The notes beneath the pieces are model-generated. The model was given only the letters and a program-made list of their open reading frames with translations. It was not told the DNA's origin and did not search any database. A stretch of DNA of 64,000 bases from Candidatus Borrarchaeum weybense (lineage in GTDB: Archaea; Asgardarchaeota; Sifarchaeia; Borrarchaeales; Borrarchaeaceae), in the NCBI GenBank assembly GCA_019057385.1, contig JAHQJS010000005.1:192799-256798 (forward strand), given 5' to 3'. Made by a program: the position numbers and the translations under genes. Below are positions 51,744 through 62,590 of this stretch, piece by piece. Numbering within the stretch: position 1 is the first letter of the stretch; every line of letters starts with the position of its first letter.

Positions 51744-54497
51744 ATGGCGATTTCGAAAGCAGAACTCAGGAAAATGTTTACAAGAGATAACTATGAAGTC
51801 GAAATATTTCGGGAGAAGGAATTCACACGAAAACAATGCAATGTTTGTGGAAGTTTCTATTGGACACTAAATCCTGAAAAGAACTCATCATGTGGAGATA
51901 CTCAATGCGTAGGGGGCTATCAGTTTATTGGAGATAGTCTAAATGGCGGTTGGGATTTCCATGAAGCAATCGCTCGCTGGAATGACTTTTTTGAGCGACA
52001 TGGTCATGCAAAAATATCCGAATATCCTATAGTAGCTAGATGGAGAGATGATATTCCATTTACCATTGCTTCAATAGCCTGTTTTCAACCCTGGGTGGTT
52101 AATGGAACAGTAGATCCGCCAGCAAATCCACTCGTCATTCCACAACCCTGCTTAAGAACTATTGATATAGATAATATCGGACGTACTGGTCGTCATTTAT
52201 CTTCTTTTATCATGGGAGGACAACACGCCTTTAATTCAGACCATCTTAAAGGATATTGGATGGATCGTTGTATAGAACTAAATTTCAAATTTTTGACAGA
52301 AGAAATGCGAATACCTCAAGAAGAACTCACATATAAAGAAGATGTGTGGGCAGGTGGAGGGAATTTCGGCCCCTGTTTGGAAGCGTTCTCAAAAGGACTT
52401 GAAATCGTTAATAATGTTTTCATGCAGTACCAATTTACAAATGGTGCTCATAAACAACTTGATATCCGCGTTATAGATGTCGGATGGGGACTTGAACGTC
52501 TTGCATTCTTCACACAAGGTTCCCCGACAATATATGAGGCTACATTTGGACCTGTGTTAGAGTTTGTGAAAAAAGAAGTGGGCATTTCCACAAATCAACG
52601 ACTTCTAGGTAAATATGTGATACTTGCAGGGCTATTAGATGTTGATGAAGTCAAAAATATCGATTCGGTTAGAAAGCATATTGCTCATCAACTGGAAGTT
52701 GACCCCGTAGAATTGGAGCGAGAAATAGCACCGCTCGAAGCAGTCTATGCAATTGTCGATCATATGAGAACTTTAGTTTTTGCAGTTGCAGATGGCGCTA
52801 TCCCCAGCAACATTGGTGGAGGTTATAACCTTCGTATGCTTCTTAGAAGGGCAATAACTTTCAATAGCCATTTTGATTTCAATTTAGATCTTATTGAGAT
52901 GTGTCATAAACATATAGAATACCTACAGAAAACTTATCGGCGTGTAAAAACCGCATCAGAAATAATTGATGAACTCTTCAGTTTAGAAAAACAACGATAC
53001 AATAAAACCATTGAAAGTGGACGTGCTTTAGTAAAACGTCATCTCAAAAAGAAGAAAAAAATCGATCGTAAGATTCTAACAGAGTGGTACACAGCTAATG
53101 GAATTCTTCCTGAAATAGTTTCTGAGGAAGCACAAAAATTAGGAACCACCGTGGAAATCCCCGCAGATTTCTTCAAGGAACTTAGTGAAAAAAAGATTAT
53201 AGACAAACCCAAACTAATTGAAGAGGATCTTGAACAAAAAGTAAAAACTTTAGATGCCACAGATAGACTATATTACTCCGATGGTCCGTACAAAACTGAG
53301 TTTAATGCACGAATACTGAAGATTATAGACGGCAATCAATTGGTACTTGACAAGACTATGTTTTATCCTACCAGCGGAGGACAGTTGTTCGATACAGGAA
53401 CCTTAGATAAGTTCAAAGTTATAGATGTATTAAACGTAGGGAAAGTGATAGTGCATAAAATTGATGATATCATCCCTCAAGAGTACAAAGGACGAACAAT
53501 ACAAGGGCGTATTAACTGGGGGCGTCGAATTGAACTTATGAGACATCATACTGCCACGCATATAATTAATGCGGCTGCAAGAACCCTTTTAGGATCTCAT
53601 GTCTGGCAAGTGGGTGCTGAGAAGTCACCAGAAAGAGCAAGACTAGACATTTCACATTTTAAATCATTATCTGCCGATGAATTGAGAGAAATCGAGGCGA
53701 AGGCGAATTTTGCCGTTATGCAAAATAAACCGATTCATACAGAATGGAAATTAAGAAATGAAGCGGAACAAGAGTATGGCTTTACAATTTATCAAGGAGG
53801 GGCAGCAGGCGGAGGTAGGGAACTCAGGATTATCAAGATAGAAGACTGGGATGCTGAGGCCTGTGGAGGCCTTCACCTTAGTTTAACCGGCGAGGCTGGT
53901 GTAATCAAAATAATTAGTTCTGAACGAATCCAAGATGGAGTTGTCAGGCTAGAATTTACAGCAGGAGAAGCGGCAGTAAGATATATGCAACAAAGAGACC
54001 AACTACTTGAAAAAACCGCTCAAATCCTTCGAGTACCAATAGATCAAGTACCAAGAACTGCTATTAAGTTCTTTGAAGAATGGAAAGAACGAGGAAAACT
54101 TATTGAAAAATTGACAGACGAATTGATTCTTGAAAAGATACCCAAACTCATCGAAAACGCCATTATCATTAATGATATTTCATTAGTGTTGGCTGAAATT
54201 CCAGGAACGCGAGAAGAATTAATAAAAGTAAGTAAGAAGATTACTGACGAAAACCCATCAACTATAGCTATATTAGTGAATAAAAACCAGAAAGTTACTA
54301 TAGTTGGGTCATCCGGAAATTCAATTCTGATCGATCTGATACCAATTATACAAGAAGCCTGCGTTATGGCCGGAGGAGGAGCTGGAGGAAATAAAAAGGA
54401 GCGATTAGTAATAGGCGGAGGTCCTGATACTTCAAAATTTGAAAAAATAATGGTTAAACTTAAAAAACTTGTTTTAGACGCTCTAGAAAATCTCTAG
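51744..54497 (+). CDS. alaS: alanine--tRNA ligase
   Basis: ARWRDD, ASI..FQP, GWGLER, HHTATH editing motif, ACGGLH. Confidence 0.97.
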   Translation: MAISKAELRKMFTRDNYEVEIFREKEFTRKQCNVCGSFYWTLNPEKNSSCGDTQCVGGYQFIGDSLNGGWDFHEAIARWNDFFERHGHAKISEYPIVARWRDDIPFTIASIACFQPWVVNGTVDPPANPLVIPQPCLRTIDIDNIGRTGRHLSSFIMGGQHAFNSDHLKGYWMDRCIELNFKFLTEEMRIPQEELTYKEDVWAGGGNFGPCLEAFSKGLEIVNNVFMQYQFTNGAHKQLDIRVIDVGWGLERLAFFTQGSPTIYEATFGPVLEFVKKEVGISTNQRLLGKYVILAGLLDVDEVKNIDSVRKHIAHQLEVDPVELEREIAPLEAVYAIVDHMRTLVFAVADGAIPSNIGGGYNLRMLLRRAITFNSHFDFNLDLIEMCHKHIEYLQKTYRRVKTASEIIDELFSLEKQRYNKTIESGRALVKRHLKKKKKIDRKILTEWYTANGILPEIVSEEAQKLGTTVEIPADFFKELSEKKIIDKPKLIEEDLEQKVKTLDATDRLYYSDGPYKTEFNARILKIIDGNQLVLDKTMFYPTSGGQLFDTGTLDKFKVIDVLNVGKVIVHKIDDIIPQEYKGRTIQGRINWGRRIELMRHHTATHIINAAARTLLGSHVWQVGAEKSPERARLDISHFKSLSADELREIEAKANFAVMQNKPIHTEWKLRNEAEQEYGFTIYQGGAAGGGRELRIIKIEDWDAEACGGLHLSLTGEAGVIKIISSERIQDGVVRLEFTAGEAAVRYMQQRDQLLEKTAQILRVPIDQVPRTAIKFFEEWKERGKLIEKLTDELILEKIPKLIENAIIINDISLVLAEIPGTREELIKVSKKITDENPSTIAILVNKNQKVTIVGSSGNSILIDLIPIIQEACVMAGGGAGGNKKERLVIGGGPDTSKFEKIMVKLKKLVLDALENL

Positions 54498-54594
54498 AAA
54501 ACCTTCGTTAATAAAAACCTTCATTAAGGACAGTTTAGATCATTTATAAGAGTAGATTGAACCGATTCAATAACTAGAATGAAGTGAGAGCATT

Positions 54595-54870
54595 ATGACT
54601 GTGATTGCGAAACACCTTCGTTGCGACGCACAAAAGATGTGTATACAGTGCAGCGATTATTTATGGAGCCCAGAAAAGAAAGGGGAACATGGAGCGATGA
54701 ACATTTATTATTATTGCCCCTTTTGCAAAATGGATATACTATGCGAGAGAGGTGTCGGAATGCGCTTCACACATGATCGACAGGGGCAAATAGGCAAGAT
54801 ATATGTATGTGTAAAATGCGGAGGAAAACTAGTAGAGCGCATTTGGCCTTTTGGAAAGGATCTAGAATAG
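54595..54870 (+). CDS. small Cys-rich (three CxxC) hypothetical protein
   Basis: CIQC, CPFC, CVKC. Confidence 0.65.
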   Translation: MTVIAKHLRCDAQKMCIQCSDYLWSPEKKGEHGAMNIYYYCPFCKMDILCERGVGMRFTHDRQGQIGKIYVCVKCGGKLVERIWPFGKDLE

Positions 54871-55398
54871 GATTTCCTATCTAGATAAATCTAATATCAA
54901 AGAATTGTATCAAACTACGCTTGAACTGTCTATTTTTTTTAATGAGTCTAAGAATGAACTAAAAAAAAATTTAATACACCTTAATCAATTAAGATACTCA
55001 AGAGCGCAGCATTTTAATGGTTGTTTAATAAAACGCGTCTGATCATATGCAAAGTTAGGGAGTAGTTAATCAATCAGAGTATAAATTGAGCATATATACA
55101 TGATCGTGTTAATTTTCAATAAAAAACTATCGGAAGATTTACACCAAAACAAAAAATATATAAAGGACTTTGAATACGGGTTTATTGACGACCTCTCTTA
55201 CACTTCACTTTTATGTGGATCGATTTTAGTATCCCCACTTCCTTTTTCTAAAATTTTTTATTCGTCAAAAAATTATTAGTATGATGTTTTTTTAACTAAA
55301 ATAATAAAATATCTCATATTCTATAACTTAGCTAACAAGCACATTTTTGAAGCATTAAAAAGCATCCTTTTAAGATAAAAGCAAAAAGGCGATTAGCA

Positions 55399-55755
55399 AT
55401 GACTGCAAAGAAGTACTGTGTCACTCTGAGGAACATAACGCTCAAGAAAATCGACTCGATGTTAAAAAAGATGGGTTTTGTTGAATATGAAGAAATTTCT
55501 CGTGATGCAAGGGCTGAATACCACTTCTATTGGAACGATAGACAATTGCATTTAAGGATTTTCTCGCTTTCTGAATCAGAAGAAATATTTGGGATCAGAG
55601 CTCATACAGAACCTTCAATAAAAACTAACCCTCAGTGGCACTTGGAACGCTTTCTGGAACAACAAGCGGGCGATTTACGAGAAAAATCGCATTATGGGGC
55701 GGGATGCAGAAAATTTAAGGCTATGTTGAAGCAGTATAGACGTTCTCATAAATAA
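55399..55755 (+). CDS. hypothetical protein
   Basis: 118-aa ORF with RQLHLRIF...AHTEP. Upstream TATA-like ttttaag. Confidence 0.65.
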   Translation: MTAKKYCVTLRNITLKKIDSMLKKMGFVEYEEISRDARAEYHFYWNDRQLHLRIFSLSESEEIFGIRAHTEPSIKTNPQWHLERFLEQQAGDLREKSHYGAGCRKFKAMLKQYRRSHK

Positions 55756-55775
55756 TATCTTAACTAAAAGGGAAA

Positions 55776-55882
55776 TGGCGGGTCCGGCGAGATTTGAACT
55801 CGCGATCGCCCAGCAACATCGATATGATGGTTGCAATCAGGCTTAGGAGGCCTGTGCCCTATCCTGGCTAGGCCACGGACCC
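55776..55882 (-). tRNA. tRNA-Arg(CCU) with 1 variable-loop intron (about 55807-55835)
   Basis: GGGTCCGTGGCCTAGCCAGGATAGGGCACAGGCCTCCTAAGCCTG...GCGAGTTCAAATCTCGCCGGACCCGCCA. Confidence 0.92.
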
Positions 55883-55969
55883 TTATTTTGAAGTTATGTT
55901 TTCAAGATTCTCCGCTAACAACTTAGAAAAATTATTGCATTTGTGGAGCACATAAAATCCTTTTCAAAA

Positions 55970-56107
55970 TGGCGGGTCCGATGGGATTCGAACCCATGAG
56001 TCGACGCACTCCTCCGAATTGAGGGAGAGCATTTCCGGCTTCGAAGGCTTACGCCCTAGACACAATGTGTCAAGGTCGGCGCCTCATCCAGGCTAGGCCA
56101 CGGACCC
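55970..56107 (-). tRNA. tRNA-Arg(UCG) with 2 introns (29/30 56049-56076; variable loop about 56000-56031)
   Basis: GGGTCCG/CGGACCC+GCCA, loop CTTCGAA, A20 present, BHB helix GCGC/GCGT. Confidence 0.9.
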
Positions 56108-56181
56108 ATTTTTAAGGTCTTGTTAAGACTAGTAACTTATAGAGGAATCGTTGTCAGAAGTATAGTATATCTTGAGTTTTT

Positions 56182-56234
56182 AACTTTATCGGCAGAAACG
56201 CCTCTTCCGTACGCGAGAACTACTTACAGTTCAT
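56182..56234 (+). mobile_element. degenerate IS200/IS605 derivative (copy F)
   Basis: aactttatcggcagaaacgcctcttccg resembles the left end of 38072. It also contains gcgagaactac, as at 38461-38471. Confidence 0.5.
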
Positions 56235-56314
56235 TCCTTACAAAATAAGAAGAAAAAAAGGATGTAAAGGAACCACATTTGTTTTGTTGAGTCACTAGAC
56301 AACAGAAGACTGCA

Positions 56315-56896
56315 TCAGGCGAGGAGAATAATAATCGCGTATCCGATTGCAATGAAGCCAAGAGGTACTGAGATCAAGGGAAATGTCAGAACCTTTGCAA
56401 TAAACTCCAGCAACTCCTCAAGCCATTTGAACAGGAAGAACACAATCCCACCAAAGATTATAAAGACTATTGCAATGATCAGCCAGTTACTAGCTAAGGA
56501 TACGCCTAATGAGACCATTATAAAGACCGCGACACCAGCAGCGATAAGCCCACCGACTAAACCTAGCAGAGCAGCCCATGGGACAACAGTCCATGGTTTC
56601 ATAATGTTTGCAATACCGATTACTAATAATAAGGCAATTAATATAGTGTCTCCGAGCCATGATGGGGCTTGGCCTGCGGGAAACGCAGTATCAGGAGTTA
56701 CCCAAACTACAACGCCAGTCACAACACACAAGATACCAATAAAGAAGCCAAGGGCAGCAAAGATTTTGACAAAAACAGCAAAAACCTCTCCTACTTTACC
56801 CATACGTTCAGCGATTTTTTCACTTAACCACGCAATAGCAAGAAGTCCTGCAACTATGAGAATAGCCGGTGCAAATTGAGCGAGAACTGTTACCAT
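56315..56896 (-). CDS. multi-pass membrane protein
   Basis: About 6 hydrophobic helices. GGTG SD-like sequence upstream. Confidence 0.8.
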   Translation of the reverse strand: MVTVLAQFAPAILIVAGLLAIAWLSEKIAERMGKVGEVFAVFVKIFAALGFFIGILCVVTGVVVWVTPDTAFPAGQAPSWLGDTILIALLLVIGIANIMKPWTVVPWAALLGLVGGLIAAGVAVFIMVSLGVSLASNWLIIAIVFIIFGGIVFFLFKWLEELLEFIAKVLTFPLISVPLGFIAIGYAIIILLA

Positions 56897-57194
56897 AATT
56901 CATCACCGATCGTTTTCATTCTTTTATTTTTTGATTCGAGAGACGAGAATTCTTCTTATAAGAAGAAACTGCACGGTGGTTAAAATATGTTTTGCCTTTA
57001 TCAGAAACTTCGAGTATTCAGGTCTTTAATTAGTTGTTTGAACATAGATTTTCGAATTTGGTGAAAAACAGTTTTAAATTCGCGCGCAAATAAATCACCA
57101 TATACTTTAACATGTTGAAAGCACTAAATTATACTTAACTTAAATTTCATAGTTAAGCGAGAGGAATCTGGCAATAGATAAGGTCAATGAATGA

Positions 57195-59204
57195 GTGTGT
57201 ATTTCCTTGAACGAAGAAGCCCATGAAGAAGCCATTTCTTTGAAAATGAGTGTTGAAAAAACCGCGCTTAGCCCCGGAGAACTATTTAACGTCTTCTTTA
57301 CTATAGAATCTCATATTTCCCACAGTTTTAAACGGTTTCAGCATCTGCCAAAGGTATTCAAACTTGCACAAGTTGAAGAATTTCCAAGAAAATTCAAAGA
57401 AGGGGATGAAACGCATCAGAAAGTCAGTTTCGTCGCACCGAGTGGTCAAGTTCCTAGTGATTTTGAACTCTTTTTTGAGTTTATATTTGAGAAAGAGGAT
57501 ACAAGTTTGCTTATTACTACTGTGCCTCTCCTGATAAGGATAATGAGGCCCGAAGAAATCCCCTCTGATCAATTAAGTATCATTGCAGACCATAAAATTG
57601 ATATAAATGGCAATTTGACCACGTCATTGCAGGAATTTCCAAAAATGAACGGAACACATACTGTTCTATCCGAAGAAACTGAATTAGTAGAAATAGAAAC
57701 CAGAATCGTGGCTGCTGAAGAAGTTGACGAACTATCTCCTCCTGAGATAGAGAGTTTTGATACGCTAATTGAAGAACAAGTGGGGACAAGCGAATTACTG
57801 TTGGAACCTGAAGAACAAGTGGAGACAAGTGAATTACTGTTGGAACCTGAAGATACACCAACAAACAATATTTTATCAGAAGATAAAACAGAAATGTTAA
57901 CAGACAAGATTTCGGAATATACTCGAAAAATTGTCTCCCTAGAAGATCAACTTAAGAAGCAAACAAGAGACCTAAAGCTCAAAGAAGAAGATCTAAAAAA
58001 TCGAGAAGAAGAAATAATGATCTTGAAAAATGAAAACACTCGTTTAGACGATGCTATCGGAAAATATCGTGCAAATATAAATGACCTTGAGAGAACTTTA
58101 GAGGACATTACCCCTCGTCTAAGTGAATTTGAAACCAAATTTTCAGAGCGTGGCAAAAAAATCAATCAACAAGAGGGAATTAACGCAAATTTGAGGACAG
58201 AACTTGATGAAAAGGATAAGGAATTAAAACAGCAAAAAGATGAAATTGAGAAACTATCAGAGCACAAATCAAAAACTGAAAAACAAATTGCTTTGTTAAA
58301 AACAAAAACTGAAGAATTAGAGTTACTTGCATCAGAACAAGCAGCAAAAGTAATAGCTCTCGAAGAGACTCGAAAAGAATTAAATGACCATCTCGATGAA
58401 AAAACGGAAGAAATCATGAAAATAAAGAACGAACGTGACCAACTTCAAGTAAAACAACGCGAACTAAAGCGTGTGATAACACAATTATCGCAGCAGATAG
58501 AAGATGAACTCAAACCGCATATTGAACAACTTCAAGAAGCACTTGTCGAGCGCGAATCGAAGATTAATCAACTCAAACGACGACTTAGTAGCGCCGATAA
58601 CCAGTTGAATGAAAAAGACACCGTAATTGAACAACTAAATAAGGAACTCGGAATTCTAAAAGAACAATTTATTATAGAGCCCGAAGATAAGATAATCGAA
58701 TACTATGGTCCTACTGAAGAGATGATTACTACCGAAGAGCCATACACACCTCCTAGAGAACCAGAAGTTGAAGAGCTAATTGATACGCCTGAATCTATAG
58801 CTCTTTCTGAGAACCTTCTTGCATCACCTGAAGAAGATGGGCTTATTGAAGAGAGTGCCGTCAGTGAAACAAAAGAAACTTCTAGAGAAAAAGAAATCGA
58901 AGAATTCATTGTAAAAGGGGGAGAATTCGGCACAGAAGAGATTGAACTGCCTATCATAGACGAAACCAAAGAATTTTATGAAGAAGAGATCGAAGAAAAA
59001 GAAATATTAATCCCGGATGCTCCGAAATGCAAGATTTGTGGGTCCACATCATGTCCTACCTGTGGATCCTCGTTATCATACTGCAAAGTTCGTTGCACTC
59101 ATTGTAGCTCCATTATGCATCGACACTGTGCAGAAGGGATGAGATCCTCCGAAAATGATGTTTTTATAAGCTGTCCAACTTGTAATGAGAAAGTTGTTTT
59201 GTAA
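57195..59204 (+). CDS. acidic coiled-coil protein with C-terminal RING/PHD-like finger
   Basis: N-terminal beta-rich domain, about 260-aa coiled coil, CKIC..CPTC..CTHC..HRHC..CPTC. Confidence 0.85.
   Translation: MCISLNEEAHEEAISLKMSVEKTALSPGELFNVFFTIESHISHSFKRFQHLPKVFKLAQVEEFPRKFKEGDETHQKVSFVAPSGQVPSDFELFFEFIFEKEDTSLLITTVPLLIRIMRPEEIPSDQLSIIADHKIDINGNLTTSLQEFPKMNGTHTVLSEETELVEIETRIVAAEEVDELSPPEIESFDTLIEEQVGTSELLLEPEEQVETSELLLEPEDTPTNNILSEDKTEMLTDKISEYTRKIVSLEDQLKKQTRDLKLKEEDLKNREEEIMILKNENTRLDDAIGKYRANINDLERTLEDITPRLSEFETKFSERGKKINQQEGINANLRTELDEKDKELKQQKDEIEKLSEHKSKTEKQIALLKTKTEELELLASEQAAKVIALEETRKELNDHLDEKTEEIMKIKNERDQLQVKQRELKRVITQLSQQIEDELKPHIEQLQEALVERESKINQLKRRLSSADNQLNEKDTVIEQLNKELGILKEQFIIEPEDKIIEYYGPTEEMITTEEPYTPPREPEVEELIDTPESIALSENLLASPEEDGLIEESAVSETKETSREKEIEEFIVKGGEFGTEEIELPIIDETKEFYEEEIEEKEILIPDAPKCKICGSTSCPTCGSSLSYCKVRCTHCSSIMHRHCAEGMRSSENDVFISCPTCNEKVVL
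57771..57853 (+). repeat. 39-bp coding tandem repeat (EEQVxTSELLLEP x2)
   Basis: gaagaacaagtggrgacaagygaattactgttggaacct x2. Confidence 0.93.
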
Positions 59205-59518
59205 ACATTAATAGAATATTTTCATTATTTAACAGAAGTCTAACCCCTCAAAAAGAGACATTTGCTTGAAAACAAGCTTATAGTGAACCTCAAATTCGTT
59301 TTAAGTTACTGAAATATTTGTATAAGGCGTTAATATTTTAAATGAATTAATGGATGATACTTTGTCCTTTTCATGTAAGAATAACAAAAGGACTCTAATC
59401 CCATTTCAAGAACCCAATCATTTTATTGATTATTGAACTCAAAAACTGGCAAGTAGGCTGCACTCTAAGAAAAAGAATTAGCAATTACTTGTTAAGGTCA
59501 TTAGGAGGAAAGAGTATA

Positions 59519-62506
59519 TTGAAAATGTCAAGAAAATTTACGCCAGTATCTATTGAAGAAACGATTTTGAAATTTTGGGAGGATAATAAGATCTATCAAA
59601 AAACGAAAGATTATCGAAAGGGCAAAGAAAAGTTTTACTTCTGCGATGGTCCCCCTTATACGACTGGGAGCATTCATTTAGGCACTGCATGGAATAAAAT
59701 CATCAAAGATTTCTTCCTCAGATACAGGCGCATGAGAGGTTATGACGTCTATGATCGCCCAGGGTATGATATGCACGGATTACCCATTGAAGTCGCTATT
59801 GAGAAGAAACTGGGCATCGAAACGAAAAAGCAAATCGTTTCATTTGGCGTGGAACGCTTTATTGAAGAATGTAGAGCATTTGCGATTGAAAACCTCAATA
59901 AGATGACAGAACAATTTAAAAGGTTAGCTGTGTGGATGGATTGGGAAGATCCGTACATGACAATCAAAGATTCTTATATCGAGGGTGCTTGGTGGGCACT
60001 TAAGAAAGCGTATGAAAAGGATCTTCTATACAAAGGCACGAGAGTATTGAATTCTTGCCCTAGATGTGAAACTGTTCTCGCTAAGCATGAGTATGAGTAT
60101 AAGACAGTTGGAGATCCTTCAATTTTTGTAAAATTTCAACTAAGAGACACGCCAAATGAATATTTCATAGTTTGGACAACGACACCTTGGACTCTCCCTA
60201 GCGACTTAGCAGTTATGGTACACCCAGAGTTCGAATACGTTCGTGCTCAGGTTGAAGATGAAATCTGGATCATTGGAAAGTTTGTCTCAGTAGGTATTAT
60301 TTCAGCAATGCTTGAAAAAAAATTCAAGGTAATCGAAGAAGTCACAGGTGAAATACTGCGGGAAAGAGGACTCCGTTATATTCATCCGCTCATTGAAGAA
60401 GTTCCTATTATGCAGGAATTTTATGAAAAATATCCGGAAGCACATTCTGTATTATTGAGCAGTGAGTTTGTAACGAAACTGCAAGGTACTGGTATCGTTC
60501 ATAGCTCTCCTGGGGCTGGACCTGAGGACTTTGAGGTAGGAACAAGATATGGACTTCCTCCTTTTTCGCCACTTGATGAAGCTGGACGTTTTACTGAAGA
60601 GGCTGGAAAATACGCTGGATTATTTGTTAAAGATGCAGATCCTATCATAATTGAGGATTTAAGGAGAAAAGGTCTGCTTCTTGCGACTCATCGAGTTGAA
60701 CACGAGTATGCTCATTGCTGGAGATGCAAGAGCCCTTTGATATTTCAAGCTACAAGCCAATGGATGTTGAATTTAACGAAAGAAAAAGAAAAGATTCTTG
60801 CAGAAAATGACAAAGTTAAATGGTCTCCAGATTGGGCAGGTAGTCAGAGTTTTAGGAGCTGGTTAGAAAACCTGCAAGATTGGTGCATTAGTCGACAAAG
60901 ATATTGGGGTATACCTCTACCGCTCTGGATTTGCGATGCATGTGAATCTATTGAGGTTATAGGATCAAGAAAAGAACTATTAGGTATGTATGGAAAACCT
61001 GTTGATGATTTTCACCGACCTTGGATTGATGAGGTAACATGGGTTTGTGCCTGTGGTGGTACCTTTCGAAGGGTACCCGATGTATTAGACGTTTGGCTGG
61101 ACAGTGGCGCAGCAACATGGGCTATCTTGCCCTATCCTGAAGATCCTAAAACCTACGATTACTGGTGGCCTGCCGACTTCATTTTAGAAGGTAAAGATCA
61201 AGTTAGAGGCTGGTTCAACTCACAAATCTGTCTAAGTGTTGTAGCAAACGATAGGAGACCTTACGAGGCAGTTTATATGCATGGTTTTGTTGCAGATACC
61301 GAGGGACGGAAAATGAGCAAATCTTTAGGAAATGCAATTGAACCCAGTGCCGTTATTGAGAAGTATGGCTCCGAAGCGTTTAGATTCTATTCTTTAGCTA
61401 CACCTCCAGGCGAAGATATGAAATTCGATTTTAAAACTCAACAGGATTACTTCAAAATTCTGAATATTCTTTGGAACACTTACATGTTCGCAATATCACG
61501 AGTCAAAGAGTCCAACTTTAATGTACAGGACCATTCTCTCGATACTGCTGAACTTCAGATAGAAGATAATTGGCTTATTTCGCGTTTCCACTCTGCACTT
61601 AACAAGATGACCCGCGCCTTCGAAGCAATGCGCCCGGGAGATACAATTCCCATTATGCAGGAATTAATTGTTGAAGACATAAGTAGATGGTATATTCGCC
61701 TAATCCGAGAACGCACATGGATTTCTGAGTCGGGATCAAGCAAAGCAACTGCACTTACTACCCTTGTAACTGTCCTCACAGAAACTGCCAAGATGTTTGC
61801 TCCTGTTCTCCCAATAATAGCAGAATCAGTCTATCAAAATTTCATTCGTGAACAATATCCTGATTTGCCTGAGTCTATCCATATGTGCGATTGGTCTGAA
61901 GTTAACGAATCATTCCGTGATGAAAAACTAGAAAATGCTATGAAAGACGCACGAAAAATTGTAGAACTTACTCTAGCGCTTCGAGATGAGCATAATATCA
62001 AATTAAGATGGCCTTGTAAGAGACTCGTTGTGATATCGAAAGAAGGTTTTGGTGATATATCAGAAGTAATTCCCGCAATCGTTCACGAGGCAAATGTAAA
62101 AGATGTGCTTGTAACTGAAACGTTACCTAGTTCAACAGAACATTTAGTTGGTATGGTAAGCGATTCATTTGACCTCTACCTCGATTTAGAAATCACTGAT
62201 GAAATTGCCTCAGAAAGACTTGTAAGAGAATTCATGCGCCAAGTACAATTTACTCGAAAGAAAAACAGACTTAATGTAAGTGATCGTGTTGACCTCATTG
62301 TAGTAACTCAAGATGACAAAATCAGACAGTATTTAACAGAGTGGCGAGAAGAAATCATCGCAAAAGTCGGAGCGCAAAACTATGAGGCACAAAAGAACGA
62401 TATAGAAGAAGATTTTAAAGATCACTACCCCATATTCAGTGAATTGCAGTATGAGAATGCCAAAGTCAAAATATATATGAAAAAAACTTCCCTTTCTTCT
62501 AAATGA
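59519..62506 (+). CDS. ileS: isoleucine--tRNA ligase
   Basis: DGPPY..G.IHLG, WTTTPWT, WCISRQRYWG, EGKDQ.RGWF, KMSKS. Start is ambiguous (ATA 59516, TTG 59519 or ATG 59525). Confidence 0.97.
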   Translation: MKMSRKFTPVSIEETILKFWEDNKIYQKTKDYRKGKEKFYFCDGPPYTTGSIHLGTAWNKIIKDFFLRYRRMRGYDVYDRPGYDMHGLPIEVAIEKKLGIETKKQIVSFGVERFIEECRAFAIENLNKMTEQFKRLAVWMDWEDPYMTIKDSYIEGAWWALKKAYEKDLLYKGTRVLNSCPRCETVLAKHEYEYKTVGDPSIFVKFQLRDTPNEYFIVWTTTPWTLPSDLAVMVHPEFEYVRAQVEDEIWIIGKFVSVGIISAMLEKKFKVIEEVTGEILRERGLRYIHPLIEEVPIMQEFYEKYPEAHSVLLSSEFVTKLQGTGIVHSSPGAGPEDFEVGTRYGLPPFSPLDEAGRFTEEAGKYAGLFVKDADPIIIEDLRRKGLLLATHRVEHEYAHCWRCKSPLIFQATSQWMLNLTKEKEKILAENDKVKWSPDWAGSQSFRSWLENLQDWCISRQRYWGIPLPLWICDACESIEVIGSRKELLGMYGKPVDDFHRPWIDEVTWVCACGGTFRRVPDVLDVWLDSGAATWAILPYPEDPKTYDYWWPADFILEGKDQVRGWFNSQICLSVVANDRRPYEAVYMHGFVADTEGRKMSKSLGNAIEPSAVIEKYGSEAFRFYSLATPPGEDMKFDFKTQQDYFKILNILWNTYMFAISRVKESNFNVQDHSLDTAELQIEDNWLISRFHSALNKMTRAFEAMRPGDTIPIMQELIVEDISRWYIRLIRERTWISESGSSKATALTTLVTVLTETAKMFAPVLPIIAESVYQNFIREQYPDLPESIHMCDWSEVNESFRDEKLENAMKDARKIVELTLALRDEHNIKLRWPCKRLVVISKEGFGDISEVIPAIVHEANVKDVLVTETLPSSTEHLVGMVSDSFDLYLDLEITDEIASERLVREFMRQVQFTRKKNRLNVSDRVDLIVVTQDDKIRQYLTEWREEIIAKVGAQNYEAQKNDIEEDFKDHYPIFSELQYENAKVKIYMKKTSLSSK

Positions 62507-62549
62507 CAAAGGTGTGGAAGAACTTCAAATAATGGAAATGGCGAGTGAT

Positions 62550-62565
62550 CGAAAGATATTAAATA
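62550..62565 (+). promoter_or_regulatory. putative BRE/TATA for the UAU tRNA
   Basis: cgaaagatattaaata ends 25 nt before the tRNA 5' end. Confidence 0.6.
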
Positions 62566-62590
62566 AAACACCTAATATTTCGTTACATGA

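Noticed and set aside
624-61791. Numerous antisense or alternative-frame ORFs in the track (e.g. 6904-7332, 21259-21765, 43284-43487, 56352-56879)
   Set aside because: They shadow well-supported genes and have no motifs of their own.
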